Both the position numbers and the translations under genes were made by a program. DNA of 64,000 bases from Nemertoderma westbladi (Eukaryota; Animalia; Xenacoelomorpha). How positions within the stretch are numbered: the stretch's first letter is position 1; each line of letters opens with the position of its first letter. This document shows, in pieces, positions 25,398 to 37,300 of the stretch. The notes beneath the pieces were generated by a model. It was not told the origin of the DNA. It saw only the letters and a program-made list of their open reading frames with translations, and searched no databases. The stretch lies in contig JAUCBJ010006790.1 of NCBI GenBank assembly GCA_032718475.1, positions 1 through 64,000 on the forward strand. Reading direction: 5' to 3'.

Positions 25398-26121
25398 GGA
25401 ATCTCTGGTCAGAATGTATGTAACAACAAAATTATTACCCTGTCATTTTGTTATTTACCCGGTTAATTTGACCCTCAGAAATGTTATTTAACCCTTGGAA
25501 CAAGTTATAAACCCTCGGCTTCGCCTCGGGATTTATAACTCGTTCCTCGGGTTAAATAACATTTCTTCGGGCCGTAGTTGTTCTGTTGGCACCATTGTGT
25601 TTGTGGAAGCAGTAAAAAATTATCGGTTGTTTAACTGCGAAGCTGAACTCAATTTATTAGTTAGGATATTTAGGTTTAGCCGGCCATGGTTTTTTGAATC
25701 GCTCAAGTTAGAGAGAGAGTTAGAGAGAGTCGCAACCCGAAGATGTAGCCACGCGCTAGTGGATACATATAATATTTGAAATTAAAATTACGTTGATTAG
25801 AGCTATATATATAAAATTAGAAATATTCGGGCGGCAAGTATATTTTGAATATTTTGTATTAGATTCAAGGTTATTTTGTGCTATACCGGTATTTAATGCT
25901 ATATAGTAGCTATATAATAATATTTTTGTTTAAATATTGTGCTAGTATTTGCTATAACTATATACCCCGGGGCCATTAAATTCACAATATTGCATTGCGA
26001 ATTTATTTGACATTTGGACCAACTGATTATTTGACAAATAATTTGACCGTATTTCGGTTAAATTATATTTATATCTCGAACTTTGCGAGATTTTTGCCGG
26101 AAGGCAAACATTATTTAGACT

Positions 26122-28065
26122 ATGAGTGTCTCAGACAAGGAGGCACTAGAGGACAGCTATGAGACGGCGGCTGGACCGCCGACTGACGATAGCGTCAATA
26201 TTACTGTTGACGACAATGCCGACTATGACGACGCAGCGAGTGACGCTGACGTAAGTGAACAGGAGGACGAGACAGTGACTAGTGAGGAAGAACAGCAACC
26301 TCAAGTAATAGTATTAGGATCCCCTACCGCTACTGTAAGGAAGGACTGTACGGCAGCCCGGACAGAGGTGAGTGATAGGGAGGATAGTGTAGCAGAAGCG
26401 AGAGCCCGGAGCCCGGTTTCCAGACCTGTGGGTATGGTAAGTGCCGTGGTCCCAACGGCTGTAAGGAGTACCCGTAGTTCCCGAAATAATCCTTCAAGTC
26501 CACCGAGTGTAAGTCAGGTAAGTGATAGAGAACTTGATATCGCGATAAAGAAGAAACTTCGCGCGCATGCCGGACATATAACTCGGACGGCGGACAAGGT
26601 AAGGAAAATGTTAGCTGACTCAGCGAACATCGGGAGGGTAGAGTTAGTAGAGGTTAGAAGAGGATATAATTCAGCGTTATTCAAGCAGACGGAGGAGCTT
26701 GCAGTCCTAGCAAAGAAGGCAGTAGAGTCTCAGTCGAGCGACGTAGCAACGAGGATTTACGACAGGGTTTTAGCAGCCTTGTTAGAGCACCGCGAGTTAT
26801 CGGAGCGATTCCGACGAGTTAGGACGGAGAACTGGCTGCTATGGGCATCACAAGCGCAGGCGACTCAGGTGAGTGACGCTGAGTTGAGAGACTTAGTGGA
26901 GCGAGAAGAGATCCAAGATAAGGAAGAGCGCCGTTATCAGAGGGAAGTTACTAGCTGGCTGATGCAGAATGGAGTGGTTGTACCAGGCCAGGTGCTACCG
27001 ACGACGGAGAACATTCAACAGAGGACGTTGACTCCACCCGACGATGCATCCAGAGACAGCGGCGATTCCCAGGTTAGTCACGCGCGAGGGAAAGTTATAT
27101 GTGCTAGATCCCTTGTTTCTCACAACTCGGCGGAGGAGAGAAGACGCCGACTAGACGAACAGCAGGCGGAAGTTTTGCGTGCATCGGAAGCACGGAAGGA
27201 AGCTGAGCGGGAACGGGAGCGCGCACGTAAGTTAGACGCAAAGTTGCGGGAGTTGGAAGACAAAGGTAAGCGTGAGCAAGCGGAACGCGAACGAAAAGAA
27301 CGCGAACTCCAACTGAAACGCGAACAGAAAGAACGCGAACTCCAACTTGAACGCGAACGCGAAGCGAAGAAACGCGAACTCCAACTCGAACGCGATCAGG
27401 AAGCGAAGAAACGCGAACTCCAACTCGAACGCGAACAGAAAGAACACGAACTCGAACTTGAACGCGAACGCAAGGAACGCGAACTCGAGATTGAGAAGGA
27501 GCGACAGATGTTGTATGAAGAAAAGGCGCGACTGGAAGAAGAGAGCGTAGCGAGACGAGTGAGGGAAGAAGAAGAACGTAAACTGGCGCAGTTGGAAAGT
27601 GCGAGATTAAGTTTAGAGAGCGAAGAACGGACTAGGAAGGCGAACGAAATCGCCGAGAAGGGGATGCGAATGATCGAAGAATGTGGGGCGAGTGTAGGGA
27701 CAGAGTTGCGAGAACTGTTCGCACTGCAGAAGGCCGAACAGGAAGCGAGAACTCCGGCTATACGCGAGTCGACGACGACCAGAATTCCTATACCCGGTCC
27801 AGCTATTACGAGTACACGGATCGCTAAACCGTTCTCTACATATCGCACGCCAGTTGGTATTAGTGCTTCACCTATCGCGCAGGATCTACGTCATCGGAAC
27901 ACCGCACCACTATACACCGAACGAGAGAATGAAGAGTTTAGAGAAACTCCGACGGGACGAGTACTTGGCGAACCGCCAAGTTTGGTTTGCGCGGTTGAAC
28001 TTAGCGAACGCTATTTCGAACGCATTGGACATCTTGAGGACGGTGAATCTACCTCATCATGGTGA
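26122..28065 (+). CDS. gag: Element B gag, N-terminal part with long E/R/K coiled-coil repeats
   Basis: First ORF after the leader; RAHAGHITR helix typical of Bel/Pao gag starts; repeated RELQLERE; overlaps the pol frame. Confidence 0.75.
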   Translation: MSVSDKEALEDSYETAAGPPTDDSVNITVDDNADYDDAASDADVSEQEDETVTSEEEQQPQVIVLGSPTATVRKDCTAARTEVSDREDSVAEARARSPVSRPVGMVSAVVPTAVRSTRSSRNNPSSPPSVSQVSDRELDIAIKKKLRAHAGHITRTADKVRKMLADSANIGRVELVEVRRGYNSALFKQTEELAVLAKKAVESQSSDVATRIYDRVLAALLEHRELSERFRRVRTENWLLWASQAQATQVSDAELRDLVEREEIQDKEERRYQREVTSWLMQNGVVVPGQVLPTTENIQQRTLTPPDDASRDSGDSQVSHARGKVICARSLVSHNSAEERRRRLDEQQAEVLRASEARKEAERERERARKLDAKLRELEDKGKREQAERERKERELQLKREQKERELQLEREREAKKRELQLERDQEAKKRELQLEREQKEHELELERERKERELEIEKERQMLYEEKARLEEESVARRVREEEERKLAQLESARLSLESEERTRKANEIAEKGMRMIEECGASVGTELRELFALQKAEQEARTPAIRESTTTRIPIPGPAITSTRIAKPFSTYRTPVGISASPIAQDLRHRNTAPLYTERENEEFRETPTGRVLGEPPSLVCAVELSERYFERIGHLEDGESTSSW

Positions 28066-31000
28066 TCACGCCGAAGTTTTGAAAAGCGTAATAAGACGTC
28101 TAAACATGCGTTACAGACAGAAATGGCGCAAATTAGAGAATAAGTTGGAGGGCCAAGGTAAAGTATTGACACTTCAGCATATTCATGACATGATAGCCAC
28201 AGACGCAGTAGCAGAGATGAAATCAAACTTCTCAGAAGAGAATATGAGGGAGTCTAAACCTGTTACCGGTAAGTCTATGGTAAGTTTTGACGATGACAGG
28301 ACCACTGTGACATTTAACTCAGTAGACAGATATAATTCGAGTACCCCAGCCTTTAGATCAGACTCGCGAGTATGGTCAGGTGAGTGGTTAGATAGACCTA
28401 GGTTAAAGCAACAGGAGTTGCCGGATGGATTTGTAGGTTGCCAATACTGTTTACTAAAGGAGGTAAGATCTGACGACCATAAGTTAGATAGTTGCAGACG
28501 GTTCAAAGAATTAAATTCGGAACAGAGAAGAGTTCAAGTGCGGACGTTGGACACCTGTTGGGCATGTCTTGCGCCAGGCCATGTAAGGCGGCAGTGCCCG
28601 AACAGCAAGGACGGATGCATGGAATGCGGCAGACTACATCACAAGTTGCTACATGCGGATTTCCATACCCCAACGGACCGTTACTTACAGCGAAATCCTC
28701 AAAGGAAGGGGAGCAAAGAACCCGTATCGATAAGGAGGAATACGTACACTGGCATCCAAGACGATGGTTACCAACCAGGTTCGTCGGATGAGGATGGCGA
28801 GTCGAGCGCAAGAGAGGTGACCTGCCAAGGTTTCACCGCGGATAGTTCATCAACCAGCGCGCGGACGTATTTATCATCGGCCACGTCGGAAATATTTAGC
28901 GTGATTCCGGTGAAACTCACTGGAGATAAGGGATCGAAACGAATATATGTGATGTTGGACACTGCGTCCACATTATCTTATATCGACGAGGAAGTGGCGA
29001 GAGCTGTTTCTAGCTTCCAGAACGCTGAGGAGATCCAAATAGAGTTGAAGTCTATGCATGGGGTAGGAGACCTCAAGGGACACAGAATTTCGGTAGAACT
29101 AGACTCCCTACTTCCGAGAGACCAACATACTCGACAAGAACAGAAAGCTTTGCCATTGGACGGATTTAAGTGTCTAGCTATGAAGGGATTCGGCAGGCAG
29201 TTAGGTAAGGTGCCGCCGATGAGTCCCATAGCACAGGAGTATTTTGACAAGCTCAGGATACCCAGACACCAGGTAGGTTATAGGAATGTTTCTATGTTGA
29301 TTGGTGCAGAACAGCTGATCGCACACCAGATATGGGAAACGAGACCAGCTGAGCCGCATGTCAATGGACCACATGCCCATAGGACCATACTAGGTTGGTA
29401 TACACGAGTACCCATGTCTTATGAGTTTACAGGTGGCGACAAGCCAATGAACAGATACGATGAATTACAGCCTATAATTCAACCACCGTTAGTAGAACCA
29501 CCAGACATAGACGAGTTTAGGAGAACCTGTATTGACCACTATAGTGACTTTAGCGAGTCAGACGAGGAGTTGATTCCCGATAATGTTAGGTTGTCGGAAC
29601 CACTTCATAATGACCGGACAGATAGTGAACCCGAGGACTACTGTTATCAGACCCGTGGGTCTGGTTCAGCGGCCCACGCTACCTATTTGACTAACGTTTT
29701 GACTTATACAGACATAGTGGAGGGTCAAGTGGCTAAATATCGAGACCTAGACATTTTCCAATACAGTGAGGAGGAATTACAAAAGGAATTGATACGCCAG
29801 GACCTCGAGACAGGAGCTAGAACCGTCGAATGGCTGGATAGGGACGCAATGGAACCCGGTGGATATGACCTAGCCATGTCTACTGATGAGAAACGGTCGT
29901 TGGAGATGATGGAAGATACCATACGTCTACTACCGACTGGACATTTTGAAGTTGGAATGTTGTGGCGTCGACAACCACCTAAGTTGGAGAACAACTACAA
30001 CTTAGCCTTGAAAAGATTGAACGGAGTAAGGGCTCGGTTGTTGAAGAATCCGGACATTAGGGAGAAGTATTGCGCCCAGATCAACAACTATTTCGCCAAG
30101 GGATTTGCTGGGAAGGTAGAGGACCCTGACTTAGTGACAGACCAGACTTATTACCTTCCACACCACTATGTGACTCACCCTGACAAGCCAGACAAAGTCC
30201 GAGTAGTCAACGACTGCGCAGCAGTCTATAGAGGTATGTCCCTGAATTCAGAGTTGATGGATGGTCCCAACCTGAACAATTATTTGATTGGAATACTGTT
30301 GCGTTTTAGACAGCGGCGATTCGCATTTACTTGTGACATCGAGGCGATGTTCCACCAGGTAAGAGCATGTAAGGCAGACCAGGATAGCCTTCGCTTTCTC
30401 TGGTTTGAGAATGAAGACTTATCCGGCCCAGTGGTTACATACCAGATGTACGTTAGGATATTTGGCGCCCGCGATAGTCCAAATGGCACGCTGTTCGTTT
30501 TAAAGAAAACGGCAACAGCCCAGATTGGTAAGTATCCAGTAGAAGTAATCGAGTCTATATTGAGAAACTTCTATATGGACGACGGATTGGTGTCCAAGGA
30601 CACAGCGGAACAAGCCATAGAAGTGGCTCACGGCCTACAGGAGTGCTTGGCTACAGGGGGTTTTCCTCTAACCAAGTTCACTACGAACTCGGAGGCCCTA
30701 TTAGAGTCGTTCCCGGTAAAGGATCGCGGGAGCGGAGACATAGAATTGGGGGTAGAACCAATCCCCATGGCGCGAGTACTGGGACTCGCTTGGAACCCGA
30801 ACTCAGATAAGTTCCAGGTAAGCGTTAGATTTGAGCCCAGTAGCCCAGACAAAGTTTTGACTAAGAGAATTTGCTTATCGACATTGAGTAGACTATTTGA
30901 CCCGATGAACTTTATCAGTCCGGTTATATTACAGGCACGAGCGTGCATGAGGAAAATTTGGTTGTCCGACTTAGAGTGGGACGAACCAATATCTCCTATA

Positions 31001-32026
31001 CATGCAAAGCAGTGGAGGGAGTGGGAAGCCGAGTTGCATCTATTGAAAAATATAGATGTACCCCGTTCCTACTTTCCGAATCAGCTGGTATTCCCAGCTG
31101 ATTTAGAGCTCCACCTATTTAGTGACGCAAGTGACACCGGCTTTGGTATGGTAGCCTACCTTCGCCGAGAGGTAAGTCAGGACAAGTTTGAGACGGCTTT
31201 TGTGACTTCTAGATCAAAGACAATGCCGGTCAAATACATGACTGTCCCTCGTGCAGAGTTACAGGCGGCTGTAGTTTCGGTCGAGGTAAGTAAGCAAATA
31301 ACTGAGGAGTTAGACACGACATTGACCTTATTCTATTGGACGGACGCATCCTTGGTGTTAGTATACATTGCGGCCGACAATATTGCACTAAAGACATTTG
31401 TGGCCAATAGACGCGCTCAGATCGTTGATTTTTCGACGAAGGAACAATGGAGACATTGTCCGGGAGTGTTGAACCCGGCCGACATAACTTCGAGAGGTGC
31501 AATGCCGGCGGAATTCTGTCAGGAAGAGTCGCAGGAGTTTTGGTTGCATGGACCTGATTTTCTAACGAGGACACAGGAACATTGGCCAGAGCGACTAAAG
31601 ATTGTGACCAATCCGATGCCTGAAGATGCAGAAGTCAAGGTGGAGAAAGTCTCTAAGTCGAAGTCTAAAGCCAAACTCAAGTCATTGGAGCGGCCTGAAA
31701 AGTCATTGGAGCGGCCTGAAGAGTCATTGGAGCGGCCTGAAGAGTCATTGGAGCGGCCCGGAGACCTGTCAGACCAACAGACTTACGTGACTACTAGGTC
31801 AGGAAGGGTAAGTTACGACGTAAAACCACCCTTACAGACTAGACGACAGTCACAGTTGGTAAGTGACGGACAGAAAATGACCGACACAATGGATCCTTTG
31901 GTTTCCAAACCTGTGGGTTTTGATTCGAAACTTCCATTAGTTAGCGGACAACCGTCGCTGGCATTAGAGTCATGCAGTATTTATGACAAATTACTAAATT
32001 CGTCTGCCTCTTGGCTGACAATTTGA
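27854..32026 (+). CDS. pol: Element B gag C-terminus (3 Zn knuckles), protease, RT and RNase H
   Basis: CQYC..H...C / CWACLAPGH...C / CMECGRLHHKLLH; LDTAS protease; YYLPHH, KVRVVNDCAA, DIEAMFHQV, FYMDD; FSDAS, PRAELQAA, WTDA, NPADITSRG; the ORF-track start codon is probably not real. Confidence 0.93.
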   Translation: MVLVLHLSRRIYVIGTPHHYTPNERMKSLEKLRRDEYLANRQVWFARLNLANAISNALDILRTVNLPHHGDHAEVLKSVIRRLNMRYRQKWRKLENKLEGQGKVLTLQHIHDMIATDAVAEMKSNFSEENMRESKPVTGKSMVSFDDDRTTVTFNSVDRYNSSTPAFRSDSRVWSGEWLDRPRLKQQELPDGFVGCQYCLLKEVRSDDHKLDSCRRFKELNSEQRRVQVRTLDTCWACLAPGHVRRQCPNSKDGCMECGRLHHKLLHADFHTPTDRYLQRNPQRKGSKEPVSIRRNTYTGIQDDGYQPGSSDEDGESSAREVTCQGFTADSSSTSARTYLSSATSEIFSVIPVKLTGDKGSKRIYVMLDTASTLSYIDEEVARAVSSFQNAEEIQIELKSMHGVGDLKGHRISVELDSLLPRDQHTRQEQKALPLDGFKCLAMKGFGRQLGKVPPMSPIAQEYFDKLRIPRHQVGYRNVSMLIGAEQLIAHQIWETRPAEPHVNGPHAHRTILGWYTRVPMSYEFTGGDKPMNRYDELQPIIQPPLVEPPDIDEFRRTCIDHYSDFSESDEELIPDNVRLSEPLHNDRTDSEPEDYCYQTRGSGSAAHATYLTNVLTYTDIVEGQVAKYRDLDIFQYSEEELQKELIRQDLETGARTVEWLDRDAMEPGGYDLAMSTDEKRSLEMMEDTIRLLPTGHFEVGMLWRRQPPKLENNYNLALKRLNGVRARLLKNPDIREKYCAQINNYFAKGFAGKVEDPDLVTDQTYYLPHHYVTHPDKPDKVRVVNDCAAVYRGMSLNSELMDGPNLNNYLIGILLRFRQRRFAFTCDIEAMFHQVRACKADQDSLRFLWFENEDLSGPVVTYQMYVRIFGARDSPNGTLFVLKKTATAQIGKYPVEVIESILRNFYMDDGLVSKDTAEQAIEVAHGLQECLATGGFPLTKFTTNSEALLESFPVKDRGSGDIELGVEPIPMARVLGLAWNPNSDKFQVSVRFEPSSPDKVLTKRICLSTLSRLFDPMNFISPVILQARACMRKIWLSDLEWDEPISPIHAKQWREWEAELHLLKNIDVPRSYFPNQLVFPADLELHLFSDASDTGFGMVAYLRREVSQDKFETAFVTSRSKTMPVKYMTVPRAELQAAVVSVEVSKQITEELDTTLTLFYWTDASLVLVYIAADNIALKTFVANRRAQIVDFSTKEQWRHCPGVLNPADITSRGAMPAEFCQEESQEFWLHGPDFLTRTQEHWPERLKIVTNPMPEDAEVKVEKVSKSKSKAKLKSLERPEKSLERPEESLERPEESLERPGDLSDQQTYVTTRSGRVSYDVKPPLQTRRQSQLVSDGQKMTDTMDPLVSKPVGFDSKLPLVSGQPSLALESCSIYDKLLNSSASWLTI
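31681..31760 (+). repeat. 21-bp in-frame tandem repeat x4 (SLERPEE) in the RH-IN linker
   Basis: GTCATTGGAGCGGCC at 31681, 31702, 31723, 31744. Confidence 0.9.
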
Positions 32027-33568
32027 AAAAGAACTGCGTGGTTAAGCCGATACGTTTCGTACCTTTGTTTAAAACATTCGAAACATTTGAGAGAACCATT
32101 GAGCACCAATAGTGAGCGAATTCGGAAATTGAAACAACCTCTGACAGAGGATGAGATTGATCAAGCGGAATTAAAGCATTTGAAACATTATCAAATGTGT
32201 GCCTTCCCGAAAGAATTCCATCTATTATCGGCTCATCGACCAGTTCTCTATAAACCCCTTAGAAAATGGAGTCCATTAATCCATAAGGATTTAATTTGTC
32301 ATAGATCGAGAATCCAGACTGTCGACATAAACTCACAGTTTCGGTTCCCAGTGATAATCCCTAGTCACCCAATAGAATTGCAAAGAGCGATTCTATGGGA
32401 TATACATAAGAGGTTGCATCACGCGGGAAAGTTACACTGTTTGTCGGCAGCGAGACAGCGATTCATTCTATTGCAGCCAAGCAGGGCAGTTGGCACTATG
32501 TACGACGCCTGTCTGGTTTGCAAGAGAGTGAACGCCAGAGTATTGGAACAGGAGATGGCTGAACTCCCGGAAGCGAGAGTGCAGGCATATGACCCACCCT
32601 TTACGAATACAGGGGTGGACTGTTTTGGTCCGATTGAAGCAAAGAGTGGACGGCTGACCCACAAGCGATGGGGTCTGCTACTGACATGTATGGCGAGTAG
32701 AGCCATACATATCGAGCGTGTGGCAGACATGTCGACCAAATCTCTGCTCCTGGCCTTAAAGAGATTTATGGCCAGGAGAGGACTAGTAAAGGCGTTCTAC
32801 TCTGACAAGGGTACAAACTTTGTCGGAGGGAATAGCGAGTTGAACGCGGCTCATAAAGCAGCACAGAATAAGGAAATTTCTGCAGCACTTTTGCCGCAAC
32901 GAGTAGAATGGAGATTCAATACTCCTGAAAGTCCTTGGAGAGGAGGAAGTTGGGAGCGTTTAGTTCGCTCTGTAAAACAGGCCATTGCCAAAACATTGCC
33001 TGTGAACAAACAACTTACCGACGACGAACTGGTCACAGCTTTCATTGAAATCGAGCATACCCTAAACTCGAGGCCGATAGCTATGTTGCCAGACGGTGTT
33101 GCATTAACGCCGAATCATTTGCTAATGCAGAGTCCAGCATTTCTTGTGCCGGCATCAGAACCCATTAGTGCCGACCTATATAGTCGTAAAAGCTGGAAAG
33201 TAACACAGTTTGTGGCGTACACATTCTGGGAATATTGGCGGGAATACTATCTTCCCACCATATCCACCAGAACAAAGTGGTACAAAACGGTTCGGAGTCT
33301 CCAAAAGGGAGATTACGTGTTGATAACCGAACCCATTGTCAAGAGAAAGTATTGGGAGACGGGAGTGATCTTGCACACACACCCAGACGTGCAAAACATA
33401 GTGCGCACAGTCACTGTGAAAATTAGATGCAAGTGTCCGCACCCAAAAAAGTGTAAAACTAATGGTTTACACACCTTGGACCGACCGGTCCAAGATATTG
33501 TGTTATTAGAGGAGACACGTATCGAGACGGGAGATTATAATTTGTCTCCTGCCTCAAAACAGAGTTAG
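32027..33568 (+). CDS. Element B integrase, in frame with pol after a single TGA
   Basis: HH..C..C zinc motif (HKRLHHAG..CLVC), GVDCFGP, SDKGTNF, GGSWERLV (DDE); C-terminal W..EYLP..R.KW. Confidence 0.9.
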   Translation, partial: KRTAWLSRYVSYLCLKHSKHLREPLSTNSERIRKLKQPLTEDEIDQAELKHLKHYQMCAFPKEFHLLSAHRPVLYKPLRKWSPLIHKDLICHRSRIQTVDINSQFRFPVIIPSHPIELQRAILWDIHKRLHHAGKLHCLSAARQRFILLQPSRAVGTMYDACLVCKRVNARVLEQEMAELPEARVQAYDPPFTNTGVDCFGPIEAKSGRLTHKRWGLLLTCMASRAIHIERVADMSTKSLLLALKRFMARRGLVKAFYSDKGTNFVGGNSELNAAHKAAQNKEISAALLPQRVEWRFNTPESPWRGGSWERLVRSVKQAIAKTLPVNKQLTDDELVTAFIEIEHTLNSRPIAMLPDGVALTPNHLLMQSPAFLVPASEPISADLYSRKSWKVTQFVAYTFWEYWREYYLPTISTRTKWYKTVRSLQKGDYVLITEPIVKRKYWETGVILHTHPDVQNIVRTVTVKIRCKCPHPKKCKTNGLHTLDRPVQDIVLLEETRIETGDYNLSPASKQS

Positions 33569-34338
33569 TGCTGGACGCAACTCACTTCGTATGCATTCCT
33601 CGTATGCAAATACAAGGAAATGCATAGGAGCGGGGTTGTGGTGATTTGCGTTGAGTTTTGTCTGGTGGGTATCAAAACAAAATTTTATTTTCAAAATTTT
33701 TGGAAAATTAGAAAATTTTAAAAAATTAAAAGTGAACCCAAGACAATTCCAGACGCTGTGTATAGACGCGTTTTAGAATTCGTCTATAGATAAACAGTAA
33801 TTTGAAAAGTCGTGAAGCCTGGAAAATAGCATTTAGAAACCATGGTGACGGCTATATTACGTAGGAGTGTAAATTGAGTCTAGCAACTTCCACAGATTGG
33901 TGCCAACAGTGCAACTAAGGTGCTAAAGGTTAGTAGCACCAGAGGCGTACATGGACCCCACTCAGTAGTTTGCAGGATGTGTGATGTTCGATTATCAAAC
34001 CTGTGGGTTTGGTATAGTCGAGTATTGTGGCTATAGTCCTTTCTAACTACTGTAGTTTAGTACGAGTAATGGGAGTAGTTTGGGCATCAAAAAGTGAGTT
34101 GGTCACGGCCAGTTTATCTCCAAAGTTTTTGCGCTATGCATGGGAATAGGTTAGAGGATAGTTAGTTAGGAAGAGACGGGATCTAGAGAGTCGAACCTGA
34201 ACTGCTGGAAGGCGGGGGGGGGGGGGGGGGGTTCGGGAGGTCTGTCCTTCGGCGACATCTAACTGATTTACCCACAGTGTAGTTGGTTACGTAACGGCAC
34301 TTATTGGGATATATATATATGTATATACGCGTAACATA

Positions 34339-37300
34339 ATGGAGAGGGATATTAGAGCGCAACCGCGCAGAGGATTTACTGCCAGAGAGGAGGCGGAGCT
34401 ACCATTCGCGCGACCAGGATGTAAAGACTCTAACGTTTACTACCATGGGCGGTCCGTGATGGAGCTGAACGGGAAGTACAAACCAAGTTATGATAAAGAA
34501 TTACGGAGAGAAAGAATGAGAGCGTTGGGGGACCGGATGGAAGTCTTGCGGAGAGAGTATCGCACGCGGTATCCCTACGACTTCGCTTTGGACGTGTGCG
34601 ACATTAGCGCAGATCCGGACGAGGAAATCGCACGACTATACCATATGAATATGTATTTACGACATGAGGAGCCTCTACCTGCAGTCCGAGACCAGTTCGA
34701 CGGAATGCATCTGTATCGGAGGACTCGAGGTGAGGATCAGGAGACGCTGAAAGTCTTCAGCGTGTACAAGCTCTTCTACAAGTGTGGTGAATGCATGAAT
34801 AAACAGGACGTGGCGATTCCCGACCGATTAGACGAGCAACATCCGGAACCGATATTAACGCGATGTCCAGCTCACCAATTCCTTAGATACAACGAGGGAG
34901 GTTACCCGATGAGCAACCCGATGATCAGTATCGACTTCAGCAGAAAGCGACCTCCGAGACTCATTACGCCGACCATTACGACATTAGATCCGTATACGGA
35001 GATTAAACCCTGTTCGACACCCAGTTTGATAGAGACGGCAGCAGCCATTTCGCTGTACCGAGCCTACAAGGATCTAGAGGCGCGGCGCGAAGCGGCGCGG
35101 GACTCGGGTACCAAACCCGCGGGTTTGGAGCTCTCGAGTCCCTGGACTACGTTTACTTCACCTCACCGAATGAGAAGCCTCACGCCTGAGCATCAGGACG
35201 ACATAGACGCGTTGCGGCAGGAGGAGCGAGCGGCGAAGGCGAAAGAGTTATTTGAGAACAGGATAGCGGAGTATAATAAGACCGCGGATAGACATCAAGA
35301 GGAGACGAGGAGAGTGACCGGATTTGTTCCACAGGTCGTATCTCAACCCGGACCGGTGTATTATTCCGACGGCACCGAACCTGCGATATTAGTAGATCAT
35401 CCGGAGTCGCGAGAAGCGATACGATTCTTGCCGATGGTAAGAATGGCGGACCATTGGAACGTTGACTGTCTACGGGAAGTTTTATGCGCGAAGTTCTTGC
35501 GTGATGTCCCAATGCAGATCACAGATTATGACACGTTGGATAAGATTGGAGCTCCGGGGAAGGAGAGTAAGCTATTCGGATGGTTGGATAAGTACATCAA
35601 GGTATGGGTCGCGGTGGCTACATTCCCAGACGACGAGGAGGTAGACCAGATGTGGCTGAGGAGGAAGGGTTCTTATACCCGATATGATGACCACAAGGCT
35701 ATCGAGCGCATGTGGACCCCATCAGACGAGATTCAGCGTCAGTGGAGGAAGACGGAGGAATCGCTGCAGGATTGGAGGGTGATGTTCTACGACAATGAAG
35801 GAGGGTCCCATCAGGAATGTTTGACCAGCAAGTGTATTCAAATTCGTGCGGCCGATGGTGTGACTCATGTGTTTATGCGTGTGAGGGCGGATCGAGAGAG
35901 ACCGGAGCCCATCATAACGACACAATATCGGAAAGGGAAGGATCCTAGGGAACAGATTTTGGAGGTATGCAGGCGAGGAGGTATGCACGGAGCGGAGCGT
36001 ATCGACGCCAGGATGTTACCAAAGAAAGTTAGAGAGGCTATTCTCAACCAAGATTACGTCAAGGTGGGATCGGGAGTCCAGAGCGATTTGGAGAGCGACT
36101 TCAACGCCATGACTGATCTGGAAGATAGATTGCCGAGACCGTTTGTCGACACCAAGCTATTGTTGCTATGGGCACAGGATATTGGAATTTATAGGGAGTA
36201 TCCCAACTCTGCCAAGACTGGTATGGGCTTTATAGCACACTTGTTGTATAATTGGGACTTTAAGTTAAAGACGCAAAAGAAGTATGAGGAGGCGTATGGC
36301 GAATACAACACTCCACCGGGAGCGGAGTTCAAATCCCACTTCAAGCGGCAAGCGTTAGTGTATTGGAACATTTGCGCGCCACCCCGTGCGTCGCTACAAT
36401 ATTATTTGGTGCTTGAGTCGAACACGGTGACTTGTTTATTAGCGGATATCGTTGCGCGAGTTTTGAAGTGTCATCCATTGGTATTTGGAGGAGATCAATA
36501 CGTTCGCTCGAAAGGGGGAATCCAATCCGACGTGATGAAGCGTTTCTTAACCCCGTTCTTCAACCAATCGTTAGAGAATACGTCGATGATTAGGAGAGGA
36601 TTAGCGATATTCGAAGGAGTATATCGACAGAACATCGGAGATTTGGGAGACCGACCGTCGATGGAATATCCGACGCCAGAAGCTTTGGAGAAGTGGTTCG
36701 GGAATCAAACCCGCGGGTTTGGTACTCCCTTCCACTCGGAGGCTGATAGACCTGTTAAGGAGGGCTGGCCGGAAACGTTAGTAGAGGTGTTCGGAGTAGA
36801 TCTTCCGGTGGAGAAGACATATCCGAAACGAACGCGGGAGGAAATATTGGAGATAGAGGACAAGGGCGAGGATGTTTACTTTGTTCCGGATCGACAACCG
36901 TTGACTGGAGAGGACGACATCGTATTAGACATTGGGAAGGAAGGAAGTGCGAAACCGATTGGAGACCTCATATACGAGAGGGCCTGGTTTCCACAAGCGC
37001 GTAGGTGCAAGTTGTGCGGCAGCACAAGGCACAATCTAAAGTCGTGCGACGCGGTAGTGGAGGCGGCACATAAAGTCTGTCGTTGGTGTAATGAGACCGA
37101 CCATTCGTTTCACACGTGCACCGTCTTCATTTCTCAATGTGGATATTGTGGGGTAAAGGGACATCGTAGCGCGAGATGTCAGCTGCGAGATGATTCCTTT
37201 CAAAACCATAGCGCTAACCTACTTCGTGAGATGTTAGACAAGTGGGAGAGTGTGGCGGATTACCATATTCAAGCGCAGATGCGTTGGTTACCATTTAAAG

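Larger units (their letters stand above)
22338..25582 (+). mobile_element. Crypton-like tyrosine-recombinase DNA transposon inserted in the leader of B
   Basis: Direct repeat TAGTTGTT at 22338-22345 and 25575-25582; subterminal inverted hairpin motif TTATAAAGCCCGAGGCGAAGCCGAGGGTTTATAAC (~22476-22509) / GTTATAAACCCTCGGCTTCGCCTCGGGATTTATAA (~25504-25538); single YR ORF, no RT. Confidence 0.75.
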
